In this document: piece after piece, positions 12,821-25,300 of the stretch
How the letters are laid out: every line of letters starts with the position of its first letter
Numbering within the stretch: the first letter of the stretch is position 1
Assembly: GCA_032718475.1 (NCBI GenBank)
Contig: JAUCBJ010002120.1
Span: 1-63,586, forward strand
Length of the DNA stretch: 63,586 nt
Reading direction: 5' to 3'
Source: Nemertoderma westbladi
Lineage: Eukaryota > Animalia > Xenacoelomorpha
Notes under the pieces: generated by a model
Seen by the model: the letters and a program-made list of their open reading frames with translations, nothing else
Database searches by the model: none
Told to the model about the DNA's origin: nothing
Program-made: the position numbers and the translations under genes

Positions 12821-15800
12821 CACCATGTCCTGGAATATAGTGTCGTTATTCAGGTACCTGCCCCCCAAATTCAGGTACCTGCCCCCCCAAATTCAGGTCC
12901 CCTCCCCCCAATTTTTCTACAAATCGTGATGAGATTGCATGAAATTTGAAACAGAGATAGTTTCACCTCCCGACCACTGTCTGGGTGAGCCAGAATTTTT
13001 ATTTTTGCTATCAATCTTTAGCTACTGTACAAGCATTTAAAAAAAGTTTCTCCAGCGATATTACACCAGTTACACCGCAGTTATTCTTCTACCTTATAGT
13101 GATTTGTTGGTACTGATGGAAAGCTGGCCATGTAAGGATTTCAAATATGTTACATAATCTGAATTTGGTTGGGAAATAACTGAGATATGAGCGTTCAAAT
13201 GTTGCATGGTTTTGCATCTGCATAAGGCTATTTTATTCTATTAAATAAAAATACCATATTCTAGAAAATTTTGTTTATTTATGAATAGCTACTTAATTTT
13301 TAACGTCTTATAATAGCTACGTAATTTTTATTTAACATTTATATAATATTTTACATATAATTGTAGGTGAAAGTATGCTACCAACAGAAACTTTGTTATT
13401 AACAATATAAGTTAGATCTACAGTCTCGGCTACTGTTGCTGTAATTTGTTGTTCTTCGTCTCTATAAGGGAAAGACATCGACTTCACAAAGAGTAAGATA
13501 TTCGCTGATTCCTTTTAACTCAACGACATAACGGCCAGTCTTCCCGGAGCAGGTGATGGTGTGGACGTCGCCAGCGCTGGTACCGCAGAGGTTGACAGAG
13601 TTGCTGACCCGACAACGGAGGAACCCATCGTCTTTGACTATCTACTTTGCACCGATAATCCACAGCAGCTCAACCCCGCATTTCACCCCCGCTGCCTCCG
13701 ATGGCCGCCCCGTTGTTTATGAGCCGCATGGAGATTTCTCCCAGGTTGGCGTTATGAACTGGCCGGTGGCGTGATGACCTTGACCCGCGCAGGCACATGT
13801 GGGCGGCCCGAACCAGCAGAAAACTGATGTGTCGTCGGATCCAGGTAACGCACTCTGTGTAGCTGATCTCCCGCTTATCCGCCAACAGAACAGCAAGGTG
13901 TTTGAAGAACTGCGCCATGGATGGTGAGATTCCCCCGAAAGCAGACATGATCAGTGGCGTGAAGGTCGCCAGCTCGACTTCCCTGACTTGTTCTTCATAC
14001 CGACCCCACTTCCGCGCCTCGTGATGGAGATGGGCGCCCTCTAGTGTCATTGCTGCATTGGTCGGAGCGAGAGGATTGAAAACCGAGACGTCCAAAAAGG
14101 TTCTCTGGAATCTCGATCCCCAAAACCCAGACATCGCCACGTCCAGCCGCGCCTCCTGGTCCTCTGTTGTTGAATGCCTCTCGAACTGCTCACCAAAGAT
14201 AGGCTGCAATCGGGGTGGGAGACCTCGGTCAGGGTTGATGCGACGAAATCCCGGATCTCGTTGTGCCGGATTGACGGATAACCACCAGTGGGGCACGACA
14301 GGACATGATTAACGGAAAATCGTGTCCCACAGGCGCAACGAGCCGGGAGCGACTGGGGTAACCAGCCATAGCGAAGACAGAGTGAATCCTTGAACTCCTC
14401 TTTATTGAGATGCGTGTCGAGCAGGGTGATTGGGCGTGAGTTCAACCACGCTGAGGCGCCTTTCTCTGACACAAGTTCTTGGAGAGTTTTTTGATTTGCG
14501 TGAGTTGATTGCGAATCGCATTCAGCTTCCCCTCCAATTGCAGGGCATCAGTACTCCGGCTCACCTTGACGATCTCGCGCTGTGCTGCCCGAATCGAGTC
14601 CGGATCATCGTGTTCATTGAAGGGCTGATACAGCCTCATGGAGTTCACATATTGTGCATCCATGTCACTTGGAAGGGGAACTGCCAGACCACCTGACTGG
14701 ACTGGTAGGGAGAACAACTCCCGCTCCACTGTCAAGATGGATGGCTGTCCAGTTAGTGCGCCGAGGCACTTCCCAACTGCATTTTCAAGGTCACCGAATA
14801 ACTGGGTCGACCCGGGTTCCACACGAGAGATGTACCTCCACCGAGCTGCTAGGTCGATGGTGAGGCCAGCGTAGGCGCAGTGTGGATCCATAGAGGCAAT
14901 CTTGGTGATAAGATCCACTTGAGTAGTAAACTCAGCTACTTTAGAGTTCACAAATTCCTCACGGTATTCGTCGTTCCCGATGACACCTCCTAAGAGTCGG
15001 CTCCCTCGGACTTCAATGGTGAAACCGTCATCTGGAAACAGACATCGGGCTTCCTGGATCAGTTCCGGTTTGACGAGAAGGTGGCACTTTGTCGGGAAAT
15101 AGCCATGTGAGGGCCTGCGAGTCCGGATGAGGTCCCAGAACTTCCGCAGTTCCGATAGAGTCCCTGCGGCATTGCCGTCGTCCGCAAACCACTTCTGTAG
15201 CACATCCGCTGCAGCACCCGCCTCGACGATCAGAGGGATCGATCCGACTGCGTAAGATGGCATCGCTATCGGATCACCCTGCGTGAAGCCCTCTGATGAG
15301 AGTATGTACTCACCGCCGATGAACAACTTTGAAGGAGTTGCATAGCAGTTCGATACTATGGTTTGCAGCGAGGGACAAACCATCCCGATGCTGTGGGTTG
15401 CAGCGGCACAATTAATCGAGTTGAATGCATTTGTAGCTACGATAGCTACGTAATAGTATAATTAAAGAGGTATTGCATTGTTGCCCAGCTTCGAAAATGT
15501 CCTAGAATACGGTACATTAATTAAATAGAATAAATGGCAGGGGAAGCAAATACATGCAACATTCGAATGCCCATATCTCAGTTGTTTCCCAACCAAATTC
15601 AAATATTTTTACATATTTGGAATCCTTGCATGGGCAGCTTTCTATTGGCTTTCCATCAAATCACTATAAGGTTGAAGAATGATTGCACTGTGACCTGTGA
15701 AATATCGCCGGAGACACCTTTTTCAAATACTTTACTCCAAAGATAGAAAGCAAAAATATAAATTCTGGCTCACCCACGGAGGAGGAGGGAGGTGAAACTA

Positions 15801-15901
15801 TCTCTGTTTCAAATTTCATGCAATCTCATCACGATTTGTAGAAAAATTGGGGGGAGGGGGGCAGGTACCTGAATAACGACACTATATTCCAGGACATGGT
15901 G
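12821..15901. mobile_element. TA-flanked non-autonomous DNA transposon (Tc1/mariner-type MITE) with ~400-bp imperfect TIRs, interrupted by a LINE
   Basis: TA|CACCATGTCCTGGAATATAGTGTCGTTATTCAGGTACCTGCCCC at 12821; reverse complement ends at 15901 and is followed by TA; 12821-13215 pairs with 15545-15901. Confidence 0.8.
13326..15441 (-). mobile_element. 5'-truncated CRE-clade non-LTR retrotransposon (RT + restriction-like endonuclease), frameshifted
   Basis: RT motifs NAFNSIN, GFTQGDPIAM, WFADDG; then GASAWL, EFKDSLCLRYGW, C-x-C...H..C..GGY..RHNEIRD, ARLDV..GFW, FLDVSVFNP spread over three frames; GC-rich; 13-bp TSD ATAGCTACGTAAT at 13313-13325 and 15442-15454; A-rich 3' end. Confidence 0.85.
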
Positions 15902-16019
15902 TATGCCTGTGCTCTCTATTGATAAGATACACTACACATACACGAAGTGGGGCCTTCGCGCAGCACGTGAAATGAGTTAATGCTAAGTATCAACTCGAAA
16001 GGATTATAAAAACATAGGA

Positions 16020-16950
16020 GAAGATTTTCCCGGAAAACGTTAACCCTCTAGCGGGAGACTGGGTAACTGAAGAAGGAAGGATTAGTTTCCCTACAAAGCC
16101 ACAGCCTATGGTCTATTACATATCTACCAAGTTTCCGATTGACGGATCATAAATAACGAAATGTTGGAAGGTTTTCACTTTCATACATTTAGCCCTCTAG
16201 CGGCATATTAAAGAACTACGGATCGATCACCTTCCTCACAAAGACGAGGCATGTGGTCTAGTACACACCGGTACTGTATATTCCAAAATTCAGCTTAAAT
16301 AGATTAAGATCAAGGAATTCGCGAAGGTTATCACTTTCCTACATTTCGCCCTCTAGCGGCAGACTCGAAAACTCCGGACCGATTACTGTCCACACAAAGA
16401 CTTAGGATGTCTTCTAGTACATATATGACAAGTTTCAGCGTAATCAGATCATAAACAACTAAATGGAAGAATAATTTCACATTCGGGACATTTCGCCCTC
16501 TAGCGGCAGACTGGAGAACTGCAGACAGATTAGCCTCCTTTGAAATTTACAGCTAATGGTCTAGTACATACTTCCCAAGTTTCAGCTTAAACGGATTAAA
16601 AGCAAAGAAATGGGTGGCCATTTAATGTTTAGACATGTGGCCCTCTACCGGCAGACTGGAAAACTTCGGACCGATTACAATCCACACAAAGACTCAGGAT
16701 GTCATCTAGTACATATATGACAAGTTTCAGCGTAATCAGATCATAAACAACTAAATGGAAGAATAATTTCACATTCGGGAAATTTCGCCCTCTAGCGGCA
16801 GACTGGAGAACTGCAGATGGATTCGCCTCCTTTGAAAGTCACAGCTAATGGTCTAATACATATCTGCCAAGTTTCAGCTTAAACGGATTAAAAACAAAGA
16901 AATGGGAGGGCATTTAATGTTTAGACATGTGGCCCTCTAGCGGGAGACCA
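16020..16950. repeat. Tandem array of seven ~145-156-bp units with a 292-bp dimer duplication
   Basis: CCCTCTA(G/C)CGG at 16044, 16193, 16349, 16496, 16641, 16788, 16933. Confidence 0.85.
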
Positions 16951-17069
16951 TTGCACTGATGGTGTCTGAAAGTCTCTCAAAAATCTCAACTTTTGCTCAT
17001 ATTGATACCTACAAATTTTCAACTTGGCAGCTTTAAATCCGACAAAGTTATTAGCATGTCAAAATCGTA

Positions 17070-18088
<1,019 letters not shown>

Positions 18089-18269
18089 TATTTGCATAAA
18101 TTGACCCACCCCCTAACAGTGTCAATTCGCTAAGGCTCCGCCAACTTCGTGGCTCGCCCCACATACATAAACAATATGTTCCAGAACATTGTGAAATTAA
18201 TAAATAGAATAGAATACAGTAAGTGGCCTCCAGCGAACGATACTTCTTAAATATTTGAACACCTATATC

Positions 18270-18579
18270 ACAGCTGATTCGCAACGATACTCGGACATTT
18301 TAACATATTTGTAATTTTTGTATCGAAGCTTTCCAATGATATGATCCGCCGAGGCTACTGTGAAGAATGGCTGCGATATGGTGGATGAAATTTCACAAAG
18401 GACACTCTTTTAAAACGCTTATAAAAGTCGAAAAATCTGGGATCATGGTAACAAGTTGTGGTTCAAATTTCAAACAATACCATACAATTTTTACAATAAA
18501 TTGGATGGGGGGGGGGGGGGGGGGGGGGCTTGGGGGATCCGTGTCATCATAAAATGACACTATATTACGGGTCATGGTG
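18270..18579. mobile_element. Right arm of a MITE related to 12821-15901 and 22694-23203
   Basis: Ends GACACTATATTACGGGTCATGGTG, the reverse complement of the family terminus CACCATG.CC...AATATAGTGTC; left boundary approximate. Confidence 0.55.
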
Positions 18580-19807
18580 CATAAAAGTGAATAAATAATT
18601 AAGCCCTTAGAACGCCGATAATTCTACTTATAAGACATTATTCAACATTAAATACCCTTGTTTATTCATATAAATCTCCCTTGTTGCGCTCGCACATATA
18701 TACACCCGATTCATAACGCTACAATACAAGTAAAATAACATAATTAATAAAAACAAAATTAGGTACATTTTTGGCTTCAGTATGGCTATTTGACAGCTTT
18801 CTGTCGGTGTCAAAGGAATGAAGTCAATATCTATTTGACAGAGAAATTAATTATACAATATTACTAGAACGCGTTTAAGTAGGTAGGGAACACATTACAT
18901 GATATCTCGCAATACAGTTGCGACGTAACGTTGCAACGATTCCAAATATGTACAACAATCGTTAAAAATATCTGAAATATGGGCTTTGGAACATTGCTTC
19001 TGCACGAGGCTATTTTATTATTTTAAAAAATATAAATAATTCTTAAACATTATTTATTTAACCCATAAGTGGCTGGGCAACAATGCAATAATCTTATACA
19101 AGAACATCTAGATGGTATTTATTCTAAATAAAAATAAATGCTTATTCTAGAAGTCTTTGCCTTATATGATTCTTACATAGCTTAGAATATAGTGTATGGT
19201 GTATTTATAATATAACGCCATGACACCCGTATCATTTTCTGATCTAGGATATTTATTCCATTATGCAAATTGTTCATATTTTTAATATCATTAAAAAAAG
19301 AAAGTAAAAGATTTGTAATTATTGATGTAAAAATTTGAAACACAGGAAGCACTACAGTATCTCTGGTACTGTAAGAGTGTGTGTTTCACGCGCTCTGTTG
19401 AATTGTTGTTTTATACGTAAGTTTACTTTATGCTTTAAGCTTACCAATTGTTTTATAGGTAAGTTTACTTTATGCTTTAAGCTTACCAATTGTTTTATAG
19501 GTAAGTTTACTACCTTATAAAAGCATTACAGAAGGTCATGTCATTATTTCCTTGTTGCCATGGTTATAGGGTGGCTGTCAATCCATTTCATTGGTGCCCC
19601 TACTAGAAATCAAGAGGAGGCCGTGTACAATATATTTGTTTCATGATTTTGGCGGATAGGGAACACGTATTAGGCAGTGGTTTACAAAATATAGATATTT
19701 TCTGTAAACGATCCTCGCATTCTCCGATAGCGATTTCCGGTATATCTGGGTTAAAATTATGTAAGTCTTGTATAATCTTCTTAAAAAGAAATCTTGTCTT
19801 GTATGTG

Positions 19808-20195
19808 TAATATGGTTATGTAAATAAACCCCTATTGCTTTGGTAATATGGTTATGTAAATAAACCCCAATTGCTTTGGTAATATGGTTATGTAAATAAA
19901 CCCCAATTGCTTTGGTAATATGGTTATGTAAATAAACCCCTATTGCTTTGGTAATATGGTTATGTAAATAAACCCCTATTGCTTTGGTAATATGGTTATG
20001 TAAATAAACCCCTATTGCTTTGGTAATATGGTTATGTAAATAAACCCCTATTGCTTTGGTAATATGGTTATGTAAATAAACCCCTATTGCTTTGGTAATA
20101 TGGTTATGTAAATAAACCCCTATTGCTTTGGTAATATGGTTATGTAAATAAACCCCTATTGCTTTGGTAATATGGTTATGTAAATAAACCCCTAT
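19808..20195. repeat. 36-bp minisatellite, ~10.8 copies
   Basis: Unit TAATATGGTTATGTAAATAAACCCCTATTGCTTTGG, almost invariant. Confidence 0.95.
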
Positions 20196-22360
20196 GCATG
20201 TTGGCCAAAGTTAAAGCATAAATAACAGACTCCACAAGAATGAATACCAAAGTATATAAATAAATAGGGTTTGGTAGAGTTAATAACAATTAGTGATTAA
20301 TAATATAATTAGTTATATCATGGAAATACCAATTATTTAGTATTCCATGGATGTAATTCTTAAATACAGTATAAACGGCCTGTAGATTTACGGGAGTTGG
20401 TGTTCTAAGGTAATGAATGTCCTTTATTACATTTTCTTAGAGTTTGCAGTTAAATTCTGAGGCGGTATCTATAGCGATTAGACCCAGAACACGTAATGGA
20501 ACACCACCAACGTTAATATAATAACTTTTATTTAGCAAAGCCATTAAATATATCTATTTAGCTATACTTAAACACATCTGACGGCTTTACTTTTCGATTT
20601 TAGGATATAATCTATAGCAATCTAGACATCATAAGAAACGCGATCATCTACAGATTCGAAATATGGAATTGGCGATAAAATTATCACAATTCAGAGGCAT
20701 ATATTTCGAGTCCTAAATCGATATAATTTTAATGTTTTTCTACGCTTATTTTAGAATATAAATTATGCCAAATCAAGAACTTCTAGAATAGATCATTCTA
20801 GAATATATTCAGGATATTGCACTTTAGCCCAACTGGAGATTTTTTAAGAACGATTTTTTCATGATTTATGCATATATTAATACTGAATATCTGGGGAATT
20901 TGTAGTTTTTGGGTAACCTCTTAAGTATTTTCTATTTTCTGATACGTTTTTCCAACTTTTTCTCCACGCATATAGTAAGGGGGGGGAGGGGGGGGGGGGG
21001 GGGACGTAGCACGCCCTAATTTTGGAAATTGACAAAGAAAAAGATTCAAGTCAAGTTATTAGCCAAAACAAGTCAGACTCAAGTTATTAGCTAGTGTGAT
21101 TTTTGACAAGCCTTCGAGCAGCACGATATTTTACAATGAATAAGGCCCTTTTCATAAAAAAGGCTCTCGCGGTACAGTTATGAATAAAGTTGCTAAAACG
21201 TTGTTTTATTAGTTATGTTTTTAGCAAGGATGAAAAATATCGTTGAATTTCATTCATTTTTGACAAAGTTATTGTTGAACATAGAAAAATTGTTTTATCT
21301 AAAATAGCGGGAAGTTTGAATTGTTCTTTAAAATTTAAACACCTATAGGGCCTATCTGAGACCCTTTTTCATTATTATTATTATTAAAAGGCTATTTCTC
21401 CGCTAATTTTAACTGAAATGTGTTAAAATATGGTACGGTACACTTGTTCAGAATACCTTTGTCCATAAATCTTCTGAATTAATTTTACCTGAAATAACTC
21501 TCTTTAGATCAAAAAGGCCCAAAAATAGCCCTTTTTTTTTACCCTTTTAGTTCTAAAAAGGCAAAGCAACCAAACCATTTTCAGCAAAAAAATTTCAAAA
21601 GAATTAATTAGATGCATTAGATGCAGGGGTCTTCTGAACTTATAATTTAAATTTCACACATATAATATATTTCGCGCCGACCGCGAATCCAACTTCATCT
21701 CGGAGGGTCACACAAGCGGACCGGCATTCCATTCGTCGACCTGGCGACGGCCCGGTCAACGAATGAACGAAACCCGCCCATGTGGTAACCCGCGCCACAC
21801 GGTTACCACCACCTGATCTGCTCGAACCGCCAACCATTTCACCCACTCTCTCTCGCCGACTTGCGTCTGCCTGTACTGCTCCATATAGTGCCCCGACCGG
21901 TTTCACGCACTGATTTTCACTTCATGTCCACCCCTCTCCACGTTATCCACTTCCTAATATTTCGCGCTCCTTACTTTTTTTTTAAATATTAATAATTTCT
22001 TATGATTGTTTTATCTATATATACACTTGTGTTTTATACTGGTTGCATTTCAAATTTACCCAGCCTGGGGGTGTATCTTTATCATTATTATATTTTAAAT
22101 TTCGACAAATTTCACCACATATTGACGGAGCTTTGGTAGTAGGAAAAGTGGGAAATATCCCACCTGTTATAAAAGTTATTAAATTAAAAGAAGAACGTAG
22201 ATTTATGTATAATAAAATGCAACGCAACGCAATGCAATGCATAAAATGCATTACCGCTGATATTCTTCTGTTCAATATTGTTAAACAATGAATATCTAGG
22301 TAACAAAGAAAGGTAGGCCTAATCTTGGGAAATGTTTGTCATGTTTGAGACTAATAGGCA

Positions 22361-25300
22361 ATGTCTCACAGATATCTGGACGCGTTCGTTGAGTTTGGAG
22401 CTGGTTTCAATGGAGGTAGGGTTGTCTCGATCGGCCTTGTTTCAAATCCGTTTTGATAAGTATTTTAACTTTTAGGCGAGGCTAAATCACATCAATATAC
22501 GTGTTCGTTCTTTGTAGGGTGTGCTGGAGTTCTAATTGGACATCCTTTCGATACAATAAAAACCAACTACCAAATACAAAGTGGTAAATCTGTGATGGTG
22601 ATAACGAAACAGCTGTATGGAACAGGTGGATTCCTTGTAAGTTGCGTTACTGTCGCATTCTCCATCATATTTCCCTTTCCGGTAACTACTATACACCATC
22701 ATGACCCGTAATATAGTGTCATTTTCTGATGACACTGACACACCCTCCCCCTCAAATTTTACTACAAAACTTTATTATATTGCTTGAAATTTGAAACACA
22801 ACTAGTTAAATTTTCCTCAAAGAACGAAGGCCTACATCAAACGATAATTATTGCAATCTTTGAACGCCAATTTCTCAGCTGTTTCTCAACGAAATTCAGA
22901 TATTGTTACATATTTGGAATCCTTGCAGCGCAATCTTTCTATTATTGATATGAAATGATATTTAATCACGACCGTACACGACTGTGTAGAATGGCGGAGA
23001 TAAAGGTGTATCCGTAAAAAAATGCACTTTTTTAAAAGAGCTTGTAAAAAATATAAAGGCCAAATCGAAGATTCAGGCTTCATGGTGTCATCGATGGTGA
23101 GTTGAAGCAGTTGTGTTTCAAGTTTTAAACAATATGATAAAGATTTGAAGAAAATTTTGGGGGATCCGTGTCATCAGAAAATGACACTTATTTATGGGTC
23201 ATTGCAGTCGATGTACCCATTTTTTAAAATTCATTATCATGAAATCTTTATTCTAGAACGGAAATTTGGCTATCTGAGTGACGATTGCTATTATTTTTAT
23301 TATGGTAGCTTGTGTTTTTTAAGGTAGCTAAGTTTTTTTTAATTTAATTACAATACATTAAAAAATATATATATTTATTTTATGGCATTTATTAAATATA
23401 CAATATACAGTAGCTATTTATGGTAGTTCAATGGGGCTGTACTTTATATTCATGAGTATAACGCCATCGAGTGCAAAATTCAATAATTGAGGGCAGAATA
23501 TTCAAAAAATGTATATAAATGTTCTGTATCTTTCTGAATATTATAATAAAAAATTGCCTTTTGATAGAAATAACATATATGAATATGTAAAAAATAACAA
23601 AAATAAACACTAGCTAATAAATAATTACTTGTAGGCCTACTATTTACCATGATTCAGCAGTAATTAATCCAGGGAGTGTTAATTGAGGTTTAAATATGAT
23701 TATAAAATTATATTTATTCGAAAAAATTGTATTGTTTTTACAAGGTAGTAAAAAGTACTACCGGTAGCAAACACGAATTGAAAATGACTAGCTACCGTCT
23801 ACATATGGTAGAAGGTTAAATTGGTATTCTAGAACATTAAACGTCATGATAAGAGCATTACCATGGTAAAAAATTGCGAAAAGAATGGGTACACACACAA
23901 ACGATTTACAGTATAGTAGTTCCCCCTTTTCCATAATGTTAGCCTATGAAAAGTAGTTACTGGAAGTAAAGCATAATTAGTCACCTTAGTTATTCAAAAA
24001 CTGTTATTATTCTAGAATTTTATTGCTGTAATACTGTTGGTGAGACTATACTAAGTTTTGACATCAATGAACAACAATCAAATAATTATCATATTGGGTC
24101 TGTATTAATGCATCAAACTTTCGTTTTCAACTTTAATACAAACTATGTTGTTATATGTACAAATCCAAAGATGGTCTCAGTTTAAACCGACAGTCAAATC
24201 AGTCAAAACTTAATAGAAATCTATGGATTAATTAATTTGTCATTTGTTATTGAAATTTGGAAAACACAAAACGTGTATTGAAATCCTTTAGTGAGGCAAG
24301 ATGCCAATTGAAACAGAGAATTGTCTACGTAAGGTAAAGCGTACACAGAAGCAAATCGCGAGATTGGGCGATTCCTTCGATCAATATGTCGCCGAGGATG
24401 CATCGGAGACCAACATTAAAACTGTTATCGTTAAGTTGGATGAGAAAGTCCAACATTTGGATGAATTGGTTCAAACATACAGTGATGGACTAGAAGAAGC
24501 TGATGCCTGGACCGAAGAAATTGAGAGCGAGGTTCAAGGATGGTTGGACCAAGCTTATAAAGATAATACGACAAGAAGAAGTTTGTATGATAGAATCCTC
24601 GTTCAACGTCGTGATAAATCTAGAGAACGACAAAGAGAAGCTGAAGATCGTGCAGAGGATATCGAACAACGTCGCCACAGCCGGAGTTTACAATTTCGGG
24701 AAGGATTGCAAACCCGTAGTGAAACTGTGGATTCCATAGTCGATTATTTTGATGAAACCTCAGAATATGATGGTCATTTAGAAGAGCCAGGTAGAACTGA
24801 AGTTTTGCCGGTCGAAATTGTTGAGAATTTGGAAGATCATGTAAACAGTAATGATGAACTCAATAACAGCGATAGAATCATATCGAATTCTGTCCGAGCT
24901 GATCTGGATGAAGAAAATAGTGGATTAGAGAAACAATTGGCTGGGATTCCGACTTGTGATCTTAAACAATCGGTCCCCGATCCTGCTAATGTAGTTAATG
25001 ATAATATAATTCGTGGGATTCGAGAAGGAATTGCAATAGGAATACAAGAGTTGGGTACAAAACTAAAAATTCAATCATCTCGTTCAGAAGATTCTGACTA
25101 TAGAGCAAAGATTAAACTTGCTGCTTTCACCCCAAATGTCTGGGATGGTGATATAAATGAATTTCGCCATTATTAAAATTTATTTATTCAAACAATGAAG
25201 GATGCTCAATTAACGGATGATCAGTCTCAAATTGGTTGGGTGGTGAAGACTGTGCCATACGATTATCATGCCCGTATAAAAGTTTGTGGAACTATGTTTG

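Noticed and set aside
24172-24190. TGGTCTCAG... as a canonical tRNA PBS
   Set aside because: It lies inside the LTR and is present in both LTR copies, so it cannot be the PBS
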